A stretch of DNA of 64,000 nucleotides from Candidatus Eiseniibacteriota bacterium. GTDB taxonomy: Bacteria; Eisenbacteria; RBG-16-71-46. Positions within the stretch are counted from its first letter, which is position 1. The number at the start of each line of letters is the position of its first letter. Shown in pieces: positions 37,558 through 48,536 of the stretch. A program made the translations under genes and the position numbers. The notes beneath the pieces were generated by a model. That model was not told the origin of the DNA and made no database searches. It saw only the letters and a list, made by a program, of their open reading frames with translations. The stretch spans positions 2,304,001 to 2,368,000 of the forward strand of contig OY970178.1 in NCBI GenBank assembly GCA_963707915.1, read 5' to 3'.

Positions 37558-39271
37558 GGTCGGCCGCCCCCGCCAGCGCGTCGACGCAGGCCTTGCGCAC
37601 CGGCGCCCGCTTCGAGCGCGCCCCGCGCTCCAGCACGGCCTGCGCGTGCGCCGTGCCGATGCGGGCGATGCAGCGCGCCACCGCCTGGCGGTGGGCCTCC
37701 TGGTAGCGCGAGAACCAGTTGCCCTTGTGCAGCTCCTGCTCGAGGTCGGGGACGACCGCGTCCCCGCCGGTGGCGGCGAGCGCGGAGTAGACCGCGCGCC
37801 GGACCTCCAGCGGGCGCTGCTCGAAGGCCGGGTCCAGCAGGTGCCGCACCAGGACGCCCGCCGTGCGCTCGTCGCGCGCCACCGACAACTGGTGCAGCAC
37901 CGAGCAGAACGTGCGCGGGTCGGCGCCGTCGAGCGCGGCGAGCAGCAGCGGTCGCGCGTGCTCGGGATCGGCCTGGCCCAGCGCCGCGATGACCTCCTGG
38001 CGCACGCGCGGCTCCGGGTGCCGCATCGCGGTCTCGAGCAGGCCGACCGTCCGTTCTCCGCCGATCCAGCCCAGGATGTGCACGATGTTGCGCACCACGT
38101 ACCAGCGCGGGTCCGCCAGCCACGGCGCGAGCCGCTCGGGGTCGTCGCGGCACAGCTCGGCGATGGCCTCGGCCAGCGCGCGGCGCGTGCGCCGCTGCTG
38201 GCTCTCCGCCAGCGCCAGGTTGAGCCAGTCCACCGCGAACGGGCCGAGCTCGTGCGCGAGCGCCGTGAACTCCGCCAGCACGGGCGCCTCCTGCAGGTCG
38301 AGCTTCTCGACCACACCCGCCACCGAGATCGGCTGGAACAGGTCCTGGGTGAAGGTCTCGATCGACCACTCCGACTGGCGCCCGCAGCGGCGCAGCAGTG
38401 CCAGGCAGTGGCGCGCCTCGGTCCACGCACCGGCGGTGATGGTCTGGCGCAGCACGCGCGGCAGGAAGCGCGCCAGCTCCACCTTGTCGGCGGCCGTGAT
38501 GCCCGCGTGGAGGAACGCGCTGGAGATCGCGATGGTCGCGGTCGCGAGCGGGACCTCGTGCTCGGCCCGGTACTCCTCGAGGAAGCGCGGGATCTCCGCG
38601 GGGGCCAGGGAATCCAGCTCCGCGAAGCCCGCCTCGACCTCGGCCGCGAGATCGCCGAGCAGCCAGTCGTCGGAGCGCTCTTCCGCGTCGGCGCCCGGCG
38701 CGTCCTCGCTGCCGTCCCCCGCCGGTCCGCCGGGCGCCGGCCAGGGGACGAAGTCCCCCGTGTCGGCCACGCCTCCGCCCATGTCGGCCTCGCCGGGCAC
38801 GCAGTCCACGTCGAGGTGCTGCAGGTGCGACTCCCACAGCAGCGTGACCAGGTCGTTCTCGCCCGCGTTCTGGCCGCTCACCTGCAACACCGCGTCGAGG
38901 AAGGTCTCGACCTCGGCCGGCACGATGCCGGGCGAGAAGTGGATCGCCTGGATGCCGTCCCGGTAGAACGGCAGCGCGAGGTTGTCGTCACGCGAGCGCG
39001 CCAGGTACAGCGACCGCTCCTCGCACAACACGTCCTCGGACGTGAAGGCGAGCGTCAGCCCGCCGTGCTGTTCGAGCAGGCGCACCAGCGCCTGGGCCAG
39101 CTCCTCGCGGAAGCGGATGACGGTGGGGTTGTTCGCGTCGTAGAGCCGGCAGGTCTTGAGCGTGCGGGCCAGGTGGTTCACCCACACGCCGGCGGCGCGC
39201 GCCGTCGCTTCCTGCTCCGGCGAAAGGACCGTCTCTTCCGAGTCTTGCTTCGATCGGGCGCTGGCGCTCAT
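37550..39271 (-). CDS. HEAT-repeat protein with uncharacterised N-terminal domain
   Basis: LADPRWYVVRNIVHILG, HPEPRVRQEVIAALG, VRRAVYSALA; overlaps the HD-GYP start by 8 bp. Confidence 0.88.
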   Translation of the reverse strand: MSASARSKQDSEETVLSPEQEATARAAGVWVNHLARTLKTCRLYDANNPTVIRFREELAQALVRLLEQHGGLTLAFTSEDVLCEERSLYLARSRDDNLALPFYRDGIQAIHFSPGIVPAEVETFLDAVLQVSGQNAGENDLVTLLWESHLQHLDVDCVPGEADMGGGVADTGDFVPWPAPGGPAGDGSEDAPGADAEERSDDWLLGDLAAEVEAGFAELDSLAPAEIPRFLEEYRAEHEVPLATATIAISSAFLHAGITAADKVELARFLPRVLRQTITAGAWTEARHCLALLRRCGRQSEWSIETFTQDLFQPISVAGVVEKLDLQEAPVLAEFTALAHELGPFAVDWLNLALAESQQRRTRRALAEAIAELCRDDPERLAPWLADPRWYVVRNIVHILGWIGGERTVGLLETAMRHPEPRVRQEVIAALGQADPEHARPLLLAALDGADPRTFCSVLHQLSVARDERTAGVLVRHLLDPAFEQRPLEVRRAVYSALAATGGDAVVPDLEQELHKGNWFSRYQEAHRQAVARCIARIGTAHAQAVLERGARSKRAPVRKACVDALAGAADHE

Positions 39272-39540
39272 GGACGTACCGGCTCCGGGGGATGGCCCGA
39301 AATGAAGATGGCCTACCGGGTTATCGGCAGGCGGACGGAGGGGCTTGAGGAGCCGCGACGGGATGCGGAGCGGGGCCGGGCCGCGCGCGGGGCCGCTGCC
39401 CCCGCCGCGGGAGGGATCCGCACCGCTGGCGGGGCTGACTGCCGCGTTCGTCGGGGGGCGGGTTGTTGGCGGCCCGGCTGTCCCCAATACTGGCGCGGTC
39501 ACCTCCACCCCACCATTTCCCCAGAGGAGGATCCCCTGCC

Positions 39541-42500
39541 ATGAGGTTCCGTCTGCTGCCCGTGGTCCTGGGCATCGCGCTGGCCGCGCTCCTGCGGTCC
39601 ACCGCGCCTGCCGCCGCGCTCGAGGAGTGCCGCTTGTTGCGTCAGCCCGACATCCAGGGCGACCGGATCGTGTTCGTCTACGCCGGCGACCTGTGGACCG
39701 TCGCGCGCGCGGGCGGCGTCGCCCGCCGCCTCACGTCCTACGAGGGCGTGGAGTCGACCCCGCGCTTCTCCCCGGACGGGAAGACCGTGGCCTTCACCGG
39801 CCAGTACGATGGCAACACCGACATCTACACGATCCCGGCCGAGGGCGGCGAGCCCACGCGCCTGACCTGGCACCCCGGTCTGGACCAGATCGTGGACTGG
39901 TATCCGGACGGCAAGTCCATCCTCTTCCGCTCCGCGCGCGTCTCGGCCCCGCAGCGCTTCGACCGCTTCTTCAGGATCCCCGCAGGCGGCGGCTTCGAGG
40001 AGCTGCTGCCGCTCCCGATCGCCGGGTTCGGGGCCTTCTCCCCCGACGCCGCCACGCTCGTCTACGTGTTTCCGCAGTACGACCGGCGCACCTGGCTGCG
40101 CTACCGCGGCGGGAGCGCCCCGGATCTCTGGACCTACGACTTCAAGAAGAACGCCTCCGAGAGGATCACCGACTGGGAGGGCCCCGACGAGTGGCCGATG
40201 TGGCACGGGCGGACGATCTACTACGCCTCCGACCGCGGCGGACGCACCGTCAACCTCTGGGCCTACGACCTCGACCGGAAGACCCATCGCCAGGTCACGA
40301 AGTTCGACGACGTCGACGTCAAGTGGCCCGCCATCGGCTCCGATGCCATCGTCTTCGAGAAGGGCGGCTACCTGTTCGTCCTGGATCTGGGCTCCGAGCA
40401 GACGCAGAAGCTCCAGGTGCTGATCCCCGACGACAAGCCGGCCACGCGGGCCGAGTTCCGCAACGTCTCGCAGTGGATCACCGACGTCGCGCTCTCGCCC
40501 TCGGCCAAGCGCGTGGTCTTCGCCGCGCGCGGCGATCTGTTCACCGTGCCGGCCGAGAAGGGCGACGTGCGCCGGCTGGTGGGCACGCCCGGCTCGCGCG
40601 AGCGCGATCCGGCCTGGTCGCCGGACGGCAAGTGGATCGCCTATCTCTCCGACGCGACCGGCGAGTACGAGATCTGGGTGGCCGGCAGCGACGGCAAGGC
40701 GCCGCCGCGCCAGGTGACAAAGGGCGGCGACACGTTCCGCTTCGCCCTGCTCTGGGCGCCGGACTCGAAGAAGCTGGCGTTCTCCGACAAGACCCGGACC
40801 CTGTGGTGGTGTGACGTCGAGAGCGGCAGACTCACGAAGGTGGACAAGGACGAGAACAACGAGATCCATGACTACACCTGGTCGTCGGACTCGAAGTGGC
40901 TCGCCTACAGCAAGGCCGACGACGCGGGCTTCGGCCGGCTCGCGCTCTACTCGCTGGAGTCGGCGAAGCCCGTCATGGTGACCGACGGCATGACGGACGA
41001 CTTCGGTCCGGCCTTCGACCCCGACGGCAAGTACCTGTACTTCGTCTCGCGCCGCACCCTGAACCCGCAGTTCGGCGGGTTCGAGGAGGACTTCTCCTAC
41101 AGCGCCACCACCAAGATCTACGCCATGACGCTGCAGGACAGCCTGCTGACGCCCGTGCCACCCCAGAGTGACGAGGAGTCGGCCGCCGACGCGAAGAAGG
41201 ACGAGGACGGGAAGGGCAAGGATGCAGCCGCGACGAAGGACGGCAAGGCGGGCAAGGATGCGAAGGCCGCCGATGCGAAGGCCGATGAGCCCAAGGCGAT
41301 CAAGATCGATCTCGCGGGCATCGGCTCGCGGGTGGCGGTCCTGCCCGTGCCGGCCGGCCGCTACGGCGCGCTCGCCGCGTTCAAGGGCAAGCTCCTGTTC
41401 GCCACGTTCGAGCCCGACAACGGGGACGACGGCCCTCCCGCGGGCACGGTCAAGTCGTTCGACTTCGAGAAGCGCGAGACCAAGACCATCCTCTCCGGCG
41501 TGACCGGCGGCGCCTACTCGAAGGACGGCAGCAAGCTCCTCTACCGCTCCCCGGACGGGTTCGGCATCGTGGACGCCGCCGAAGGCAAGAAGGTCGGCGA
41601 CGGCAAGGTCGCCACCGACGGGATCATGACCACGGTGGATCCGCGCCAGGAATGGCTGCAGATCTTCAACGAGGTCTGGCGCCTGGAGCGCGACTTCTAC
41701 TACGACCCGGCCATGGGCGGCCTCGACTGGAAGGCCGTGGGCGAGCGCTACCGGCAACTCCTGCCCTACGTCGCCCACCGCGCGGACCTCGACTACGTGC
41801 TCGGGGACCTGCAGGGCGAGCTCTCGACCTCGCACACCTACGTGCGGCCCTCGGGCGACATCCCGCAGGCCCCACACGTGGACATCGGTCTGCTGGGCGC
41901 GGACTACTCGCTCGACCCGAAGAGCGGCCTGTACCGTTTCGAGCGGATCTTCCGCGCCCGCGACTGGAACTCGAGCACCGAGGCGCCGCTGGGGATGCCG
42001 GGTATCCGGGTGAAGGAGGGCGACGTCCTGCTCGCGGTGAACGGCCAGCCGGTGAAGGCGCCGATGAACCTCTACGCCGCATTCCAGGGCACCACGGGGA
42101 AGCAGACCGTGATCACCGTGGGCACCACCGCCGACGATCCGAAACCGCGCAGCTACACCGTGAAGCCGGTCGCCGCCGAGGGCTCGCTGCGCTACGCGGC
42201 CTGGGTGGCCGCGAACCGCGAGAAGGTGGCGAAGGCGACGGACGGGAAGGTCGCCTACATCCACGTGCCCGACACGACGGTGCCGGGCATCCAGGAATTC
42301 ACGAAGCAGTACTACCCGCAGGTGGACAAGCACGGCATCATCGTGGACGAGCGCTTCAACGCCGGCGGCCAGGTGCCGTTCTTCTACACGGAGAAGCTGG
42401 CGCGCAAGACGCTGGTCTACTGGTCCAACCGCGACGGCAACGACCAGCGCACGCCGGCCACCGGGATCGACGGGCCGAAGTGCATCCTCATCAACCAGTT

Positions 42501-42858
42501 CGCGGGCTCGGGCGGCGACGCGTTCCCGTACTTCTTCCGCGAGCAGGGCATCGGGCCGCTCATCGGCAAGCGCACCTGGGGAGGACTGGTGGGCTACAGC
42601 CATGACCTCCCGCTCGTGGACGGCGGCGGCGTCACCATGCCGGACTTCGGCATGTGGGACCCGTACAAGGGTGAGTGGGCGGTCGAGAACCACGGCGTGG
42701 ACCCGGACATCGAGGTCGAGAACACGCCGAGCGAGGTGGTCGCCGGCCACGACCCGCAACTCGAGCGCGCCATCCAGTGGACGTTGGAGCAACTGCAGAA
42801 GAATCCGCCGAAGAAGTACCTGCGGCCGAAGTACAAGGTGCAGGAAGGGCTGAAGTAG
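39541..42858 (+). CDS. tricorn protease homolog (S41, PD40 propellers, PDZ)
   Basis: Signal peptide; IVFVYAGDLW, PRFSPDG repeats, GELSTSH, IVDERFNAGG, AGSGGDAF (catalytic Ser), IGKRTWGG, ENHGVDPDI. Confidence 0.95.
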   Translation: MRFRLLPVVLGIALAALLRSTAPAAALEECRLLRQPDIQGDRIVFVYAGDLWTVARAGGVARRLTSYEGVESTPRFSPDGKTVAFTGQYDGNTDIYTIPAEGGEPTRLTWHPGLDQIVDWYPDGKSILFRSARVSAPQRFDRFFRIPAGGGFEELLPLPIAGFGAFSPDAATLVYVFPQYDRRTWLRYRGGSAPDLWTYDFKKNASERITDWEGPDEWPMWHGRTIYYASDRGGRTVNLWAYDLDRKTHRQVTKFDDVDVKWPAIGSDAIVFEKGGYLFVLDLGSEQTQKLQVLIPDDKPATRAEFRNVSQWITDVALSPSAKRVVFAARGDLFTVPAEKGDVRRLVGTPGSRERDPAWSPDGKWIAYLSDATGEYEIWVAGSDGKAPPRQVTKGGDTFRFALLWAPDSKKLAFSDKTRTLWWCDVESGRLTKVDKDENNEIHDYTWSSDSKWLAYSKADDAGFGRLALYSLESAKPVMVTDGMTDDFGPAFDPDGKYLYFVSRRTLNPQFGGFEEDFSYSATTKIYAMTLQDSLLTPVPPQSDEESAADAKKDEDGKGKDAAATKDGKAGKDAKAADAKADEPKAIKIDLAGIGSRVAVLPVPAGRYGALAAFKGKLLFATFEPDNGDDGPPAGTVKSFDFEKRETKTILSGVTGGAYSKDGSKLLYRSPDGFGIVDAAEGKKVGDGKVATDGIMTTVDPRQEWLQIFNEVWRLERDFYYDPAMGGLDWKAVGERYRQLLPYVAHRADLDYVLGDLQGELSTSHTYVRPSGDIPQAPHVDIGLLGADYSLDPKSGLYRFERIFRARDWNSSTEAPLGMPGIRVKEGDVLLAVNGQPVKAPMNLYAAFQGTTGKQTVITVGTTADDPKPRSYTVKPVAAEGSLRYAAWVAANREKVAKATDGKVAYIHVPDTTVPGIQEFTKQYYPQVDKHGIIVDERFNAGGQVPFFYTEKLARKTLVYWSNRDGNDQRTPATGIDGPKCILINQFAGSGGDAFPYFFREQGIGPLIGKRTWGGLVGYSHDLPLVDGGGVTMPDFGMWDPYKGEWAVENHGVDPDIEVENTPSEVVAGHDPQLERAIQWTLEQLQKNPPKKYLRPKYKVQEGLK

Positions 42859-42892
42859 CCCGGGCGACGACGGGCGGGCGCCCGCGTGATGA

Positions 42893-42921
42893 AGGACCCC
42901 GGTCGATCGGCCGGGGTCCCT
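42893..42921. terminator. hairpin between convergent tricorn and cysE genes
   Basis: ggaccccggtcg-at-cggccggggtcc inverted repeat. Confidence 0.5.
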
Positions 42922-42964
42922 CGCTTGCGCCCGGGCGGCGGTGAACGCCGCGCCGGCCCTCGCT

Positions 42965-43735
42965 TCAGATGCCGGCGCCGGGGTCCGGCTTGCCGCCGCC
43001 TTCGCCGCCGTCGTCCGCGCTCTCGCTCATCGAGCGGAAGGCCTGCTCGACCTGCTCGGCCGTCAATCCGCGCGGCACCGCGACGAAGACCGGCTGCTGG
43101 CGCATGTCCGAGATCTCCCGCGCCAGTTCCTGCACCTGCTCGTGCAGCGCGGTGATGGCGCGGGCCGTGGGGTCGGGGATGCGGTTGTGCTCGAGCTCGT
43201 GGCCCGGCCGGTTCCCCTCGTCCGCCTGCTCCTCGAGCACGCGGCCCGGGATGCCGACGATGGTCGAGCGCGGCGGGGCCGACTTGACGACCACCGAGCC
43301 GGACCCGACGCGCGAGTGGTGCCCGATGACGATGTTGCCGAGCACCTTCGCGCCCGAGCCGATCACCACGTGCTCCTCGAGCGTCGGGTGCCGCTTGCCC
43401 TTGCTCAGGCTCGTGCCGCCGAGCGTGACACCCTGGTAGATCAGGCAGTCGTCCCGGACCTCGGCGGTCTCGCCGATCACCACGCCCATGCCGTGGTCGA
43501 TGAACACGCGCCGGCCGATGGTGGCGCCGGGATGGATCTCGACGCCGGTGAAGAAGCGCCCGAGGTGCGAAAGCAGCCGGGGCAGCAGCGGGACCCGCCA
43601 GCGCCACAGCGGGTGCGCGACCCGGTGCCACCAGAGGGCGTGCAGCCCCGGATAGCACAGCAGGATCTCGAGCACGCCGCGGGCCGCGGGGTCCTTCCCG
43701 CGGACCGTCTGGATGTCCTCGACCACTCGCAGCAT
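42965..43735 (-). CDS. cysE: serine O-acetyltransferase
   Basis: [47 protein letters not shown]. Confidence 0.96.
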   Translation of the reverse strand: MLRVVEDIQTVRGKDPAARGVLEILLCYPGLHALWWHRVAHPLWRWRVPLLPRLLSHLGRFFTGVEIHPGATIGRRVFIDHGMGVVIGETAEVRDDCLIYQGVTLGGTSLSKGKRHPTLEEHVVIGSGAKVLGNIVIGHHSRVGSGSVVVKSAPPRSTIVGIPGRVLEEQADEGNRPGHELEHNRIPDPTARAITALHEQVQELAREISDMRQQPVFVAVPRGLTAEQVEQAFRSMSESADDGGEGGGKPDPGAGI

Positions 43736-43763
43736 GGGGCCCCCCGGCGCGACCGCCCGCCGG

Positions 43764-44720
43764 TTATCGGCCGGTGTCGGCCGGGTCCTCCGGGAAATCG
43801 AACAGCGGCGTCGAGAGGTAGCGCTCCCCGTGGCTCGGCAGCACGGCGACGATCAGCTTCCCGGCCATCTCCGGCCGCCTCGCCACCTGCATGGCCGCCC
43901 AGACGGTCGCGCCCGACGAGATCCCGGCCATGATCCCCTCCGTGCGGCAGAGCTGCCGGGCGGTCGCGAACGCATCGTCGTTGGTGACCTGGACGATCTC
44001 GTCGATCAGGTCGGTGCGCAGCACCTTCGGCACGAAGCCGGCGCCGATCCCCTGGATCTTGTGCGGGCCCGGCGCGCCGCCCGAGAGCACCGGCGAGTCC
44101 CGGGGCTCGACCGCCACGGCGCGGAACGAGGGCTTCTTCGCCTTGATCATCTCGGCGACCCCGGTGATGGTGCCGCCGGTCCCCACGCCCGCCACCAGCA
44201 CGTCCACGCGACCGTCGGTGTCCTCCCAGATCTCGACCGCGGTGGTCTCGCGGTGGATCCTCGGGTTCGCGGGATTGTCGAACTGGCCGATGACCATGGA
44301 GTCGGGGATCTCCTTCTGCAGCTCCTCGGCGCGGGCGATCGCCCCCTTCATCCCCTTCGCGCCCTCGGTCAGCACCAGCCGCGCACCCAGCGCCTGGAGG
44401 ATCTTGCGGCGCTCCACGGACATGGTCTCGGGCATGGTGAGGACCAGCCGGACGCCCCGGGCCGCGCAGATGAAGGCCAGCGCGATGCCGGTGTTGCCCG
44501 AGGTGGGCTCGATCACCGTGGTCACGCCGGGCGTGATCGCCCCGCGCGCGAGCGCGTCCGCGATCATCGAGTAGCCGATGCGGTCCTTCACCGACGACAT
44601 CGGGTTGAAGGACTCGAGCTTGAGGACCACCTCGGCCAGGAGCCCCTGCTGGAGCCGCTGCATCCGGACCAGCGGCGTCCGCCCGATCGTGTCGACGATG
44701 CTGTCGTAGATGCGTGCCAT
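43764..44720 (-). CDS. cysK: cysteine synthase A
   Basis: [55 protein letters not shown]. Confidence 0.97.
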   Translation of the reverse strand: MARIYDSIVDTIGRTPLVRMQRLQQGLLAEVVLKLESFNPMSSVKDRIGYSMIADALARGAITPGVTTVIEPTSGNTGIALAFICAARGVRLVLTMPETMSVERRKILQALGARLVLTEGAKGMKGAIARAEELQKEIPDSMVIGQFDNPANPRIHRETTAVEIWEDTDGRVDVLVAGVGTGGTITGVAEMIKAKKPSFRAVAVEPRDSPVLSGGAPGPHKIQGIGAGFVPKVLRTDLIDEIVQVTNDDAFATARQLCRTEGIMAGISSGATVWAAMQVARRPEMAGKLIVAVLPSHGERYLSTPLFDFPEDPADTGR

Positions 44721-44806
44721 GTGCGCGTCCTCTTCGGCCAGTCGGAACGGCTGCGCCCGGTCGCATCGCCGGGGCGTCTCGTCGAGTCCCAGTATAGGCG
44801 AACTTC

Positions 44807-46717
44807 CTACTCGGCCGCCTCCACCGCGATGCGCGGCGTGAGCGGCTGGAGGATCTCCGACAGGAGGTCCGGCTTCGCCGCGTCCCGCACCAGCACCGGG
44901 TGCAGCTCGCCGCCGTGCCAGTCGAGGCGGAACACGCGGAAGAAGTCCCCGTCCTCCGCCAGCAGCTCGAGCGGCGCGGACCCGTTCTTCCCGTCTCGCA
45001 GCGCCTCGCGCAACCGCGCCACGCTGAACCGGCGCCCCCCGACGGCGACCGGCTTCAGCCCCGGGGCGAGCCCGGCCTGCGCGGCCGCGCTGCCCGGCAC
45101 GACGTCGGTCACGACGCCGTCCCCGTCGAGCTCGAGGCCCAGCGAGAGGCGCAGGTCGGTCCGCTCCCAGGCCTTCTCGCCCGCCCGCTCGTAGTCGCTC
45201 AGGCTGTCGCTCCAGGCCAGCCGCCAGCCACTCCCTTCGATGCCGCCCAGCGGCGCGCGTTGCGAGGTGGAAGCGAGCCGGGCCGCGAAGAGCCCCCGCC
45301 AGTCGTGGGGGGCGACCTGTTCCAGCGCCCTCACGACGTCGTCGAGGCCGTAGGGCACCACCTCGGGCGGGCCGCTCCGGCCGCCGAAGAACCGCCGGCA
45401 GAAGTCGTCCAGGGAGCGCCGGCCGGCCGTGCGCTGGCGGATCAGGACGTCCACCTCGAGCCAGATCAGGGCCCCCTCTTCGTAGTAGTCCGCCCCGCGC
45501 CGCCACGAGGACCAGGTGCCCGGCCCCCCGGGGCCGAGGGGCGCGGCGATCGCCGTGTCCTCGAGCGGCCGCCAGGAACGCCCCGGGGTGCGGTCGAGCC
45601 ACGCCGCCTCGCAGGCCAGCTCCTGCCGCTGCCACTCGGGGCCCGCCAGCGCGCTGCGCGCCGCCAGCACCCAGCCGAGGTAGGTCGTCAGGCCCTCGTA
45701 GACCCAGAGCAGCCCCGTCCTCTCCGGCGCCTGGAAGTCGGGCGCGATCAGCCCCTCGGGCCTGCGGTACTTGCCGTTCCAGGAGTGCGCATACTCGTGC
45801 GGCAGCAGTCCCGACTGGGCGGCGCGCAGCTCGTCGTCCACCAGTGCGCGCTCCTGCATCCGGTCGTCGCTCGACTCGTGGTGCTCGAGCCCGTAGTGAT
45901 CCACCTCGTCGCTCAGCGTGCAGAGGAAGTCGTAGCGCCGGTAGTGGGTCGCCCCGAACAGGGCGGTGGCCTCGGCCACCAGCTGCTTCCACTGCGCGAC
46001 CTGCTCCGGGGCCACTTCGAGCCCGTCCTCGCTGTCGCAGGCGAGCTCGACGGCCACCGGTGGCCCGGCCGCCGGGCCGAGCTCGATGCGGCGCCGGTGC
46101 GCGCCCGCCTGCACCGGCGAGTCCACCAGCGTCGTGAGGGGGACCGGCGCGAACTCGACCCCGTCGCTGTCCGCCCGCGCGGTCGTCAGCGCGGTCGCGT
46201 ACGTCCAGCCCGCGGGCAGGCGCAATCGCACCGCGAAGTCGATCCCGGCCGCCGGCCGCCCTTGCGGGGTGAGCAGCAACTCGTTCCAGTCGAGCACCGC
46301 CAGCTGCGACGTGAGGGACCTGCCCGTCGTGTGGCTCCCCGATGCCGACTGCAGGCGGTCGAACTCGACGTCCAGGCGGATCGCCCCCGCCGGCACCCGG
46401 CAGTGGAACGCGAACATGTCCACCGCGTCGCGTTCCCAGGCGAGCGGGCGACCGTTCGCGCTCAGGCGCAGCCCGGCCAGGTCCGCGATCGGCCCGGAAG
46501 GGGAGTGGTTCCCCGGGATCCACCGGGGGTAGACCAGCGTGAGCGGTCCGGGGCGGACCGGGATCTCGAGCCGCGCGTGCAGGATCCTGCGCGGCGCCCC
46601 GGTCGCGTCCACCGTCAGGCGGATCGGCGGGCCCGCGGGCGCGGCGAGCAGCGGCGCCGCGGCGAGCGCCGCGACCAGCAGGGCGAGCAGGACGGGCGGG
46701 CGATGGCGCTGCGGCAC
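44807..46717 (-). CDS. M61 glycyl aminopeptidase family protein with C-terminal PDZ
   Basis: Signal peptide; [43 protein letters not shown]. Confidence 0.92.
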   Translation of the reverse strand: MPQRHRPPVLLALLVAALAAAPLLAAPAGPPIRLTVDATGAPRRILHARLEIPVRPGPLTLVYPRWIPGNHSPSGPIADLAGLRLSANGRPLAWERDAVDMFAFHCRVPAGAIRLDVEFDRLQSASGSHTTGRSLTSQLAVLDWNELLLTPQGRPAAGIDFAVRLRLPAGWTYATALTTARADSDGVEFAPVPLTTLVDSPVQAGAHRRRIELGPAAGPPVAVELACDSEDGLEVAPEQVAQWKQLVAEATALFGATHYRRYDFLCTLSDEVDHYGLEHHESSDDRMQERALVDDELRAAQSGLLPHEYAHSWNGKYRRPEGLIAPDFQAPERTGLLWVYEGLTTYLGWVLAARSALAGPEWQRQELACEAAWLDRTPGRSWRPLEDTAIAAPLGPGGPGTWSSWRRGADYYEEGALIWLEVDVLIRQRTAGRRSLDDFCRRFFGGRSGPPEVVPYGLDDVVRALEQVAPHDWRGLFAARLASTSQRAPLGGIEGSGWRLAWSDSLSDYERAGEKAWERTDLRLSLGLELDGDGVVTDVVPGSAAAQAGLAPGLKPVAVGGRRFSVARLREALRDGKNGSAPLELLAEDGDFFRVFRLDWHGGELHPVLVRDAAKPDLLSEILQPLTPRIAVEAAE

Positions 46718-46881
46718 GGCGCTCTCCTTTCACGGGCGCGGGGACGGACCCGGACGCCACGACCCCGGATGCTAGGGCCGCGGGCGCCCCGCTTCAACGG
46801 CGGAGTCGGACGCGCTCCACCGGCCCGGGGTCCGCGGCGGGCGGCGGCGCGTCGTCCGCTTCTGCTACCCTCGTTCCCGCC

Positions 46882-48522
46882 ATGCGCCTCGCCCCCTTCG
46901 TGCTCGCGACGCTGTGCGTCCTCGTGCTCTTCCTCGGCCTCGACCGGGTCGGGGTCCTCGACGAGCGCGAGGCCCGGGACGCGCAGGTCGCCCGCGAGCT
47001 GGTCGCGCGTCACGAGGCGCTGACCCCGCTCTACGGCGCGCAGCCGCTCTACGAGAAGCCCCTGCCCGCGTACGCGCTCGACGCGCTCGCGTACGGACGC
47101 GACCCCGCCTCGCCGCTGCGTTCACGCCAGGCCCGCGCGGGCCTCGCGCTGCTGCTCGTCCTCATCACCGGCGTGGCCGGCGCCCGTCACTTCGGCCCGC
47201 GCGCCGGGGTCTTCGCGGCGGGCGTGCTCGCCACGTCGGTGGCGCTGCCGCTGGCCGCGCGGGGCGACGGCACGCAGGTGCTCGGCTCGCTGCTGGCCTG
47301 GACCGGGTGCACCGGCCTCGCCGACGTCGTCTTCGGCCGGGCGCGCGGCCGCGACCTGCGCCTGGTGGTCACGTACGGGGCCCTGGCGGCGGCGCTGGTG
47401 TGCGCGGGCCCGCTCACGGCGCTGTGGCCGCTCGCCGGCTTCGCGCTCTACCTGGCGCTGGCGCGCGACCGCGAGGACTGGCGCCACGCCCGGCCGTTCG
47501 CCGGCCTCGCGCTCATGCTGGCCGTCGCCCTGCCGTGGTACGGGACGATGGCCGCGCGCCACGGCGCGGACTTCCTGGCGCGCGCGCCGTTCTTCCCCTA
47601 CACGGTCGGGCCGCCGATGCCGTGGTTCGCGGGCGCGGTGTTCGCGATCCCGTTCCTCGTGACCGGCTGCTTCCCGTGGAGCGCCCTGCTCCCCGACGCG
47701 ATGGTGCACGCCGCGACCTGGTGGCGCGGGCGCCTCCCGCTGCTGCGCATCGGGTCGACCGGGCCGCAACTGCCGCCGGCGGCGGCGATCGAGCGGGAGC
47801 GGCGCGAGGAGGGCGCGGCGCACTTCTTCATCGCCTGCCTGCTCGCGGCCCTGGTGCCGATCCTCCTCTACCCGGCGCGTCCGCTGACGGCGGCGCTGCC
47901 GGCGGTGCCGGCCGCCGCGCTGCTGTGCGGACGCCTGCTCGACCACCTGTTCGAGAACCCGGAGCGGGTGGCATCGGCGCTCACGCGCGCGGCGCTGACG
48001 CTGGCGGCGGCGGGGAGCGTGGCGGCGTTCACCTTCGTCGCGCTGGCGGCGCGCGTGAGCGACGCCGCCCCGGCGCTCCGCCTGCTGGGGGCGGCCCTGC
48101 TGCTCACCGCCTGGGCGCCGTTCCTCGCGGACCTCATGCGCCGGCGCCGCCTGGCGGCCCTGCTGATGGGGCTGCCGGTCGCGGTGGGGATGCCCATCGT
48201 GTCGCTGCAGGTCCTCCCGGCGATGGAGGACTGGCTCAACACGCGGACCGCGGCGCAGGCGCTGGAGGCCGCTGCGCCGCCGCACGCGCCGCTCGCGCTG
48301 GTGGGGGAACCGCCGCCCTCGCTGCGCTTCTACGCCCGGGGCGCGCTGGTGGTCGTGCCCCCGGCGCCCGCGGCGCTGCGCGAACACCGCGCGACGGACG
48401 GGATGACCTACCTCGCCTTCCCTCCCGCGCTGGAGCGCGAGGTCGCGCGCGGCGCGCAGACGCCGCTCGAGATCCTGCGGCGCACGCCGACGCTGGTGCT
48501 GGCGCGCGTGCGGGTGGAGTAG
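46882..48522 (+). CDS. ArnT/PMT-like membrane glycosyltransferase (GT39/83-like)
   Basis: DEREARDAQVARE, LYEKPLP, VALPWY, FPWS; many TM helices. Confidence 0.8.
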   Translation: MRLAPFVLATLCVLVLFLGLDRVGVLDEREARDAQVARELVARHEALTPLYGAQPLYEKPLPAYALDALAYGRDPASPLRSRQARAGLALLLVLITGVAGARHFGPRAGVFAAGVLATSVALPLAARGDGTQVLGSLLAWTGCTGLADVVFGRARGRDLRLVVTYGALAAALVCAGPLTALWPLAGFALYLALARDREDWRHARPFAGLALMLAVALPWYGTMAARHGADFLARAPFFPYTVGPPMPWFAGAVFAIPFLVTGCFPWSALLPDAMVHAATWWRGRLPLLRIGSTGPQLPPAAAIERERREEGAAHFFIACLLAALVPILLYPARPLTAALPAVPAAALLCGRLLDHLFENPERVASALTRAALTLAAAGSVAAFTFVALAARVSDAAPALRLLGAALLLTAWAPFLADLMRRRRLAALLMGLPVAVGMPIVSLQVLPAMEDWLNTRTAAQALEAAAPPHAPLALVGEPPPSLRFYARGALVVVPPAPAALREHRATDGMTYLAFPPALEREVARGAQTPLEILRRTPTLVLARVRVE

Positions 48523-48536
48523 GCGGGGCCGCCGTC

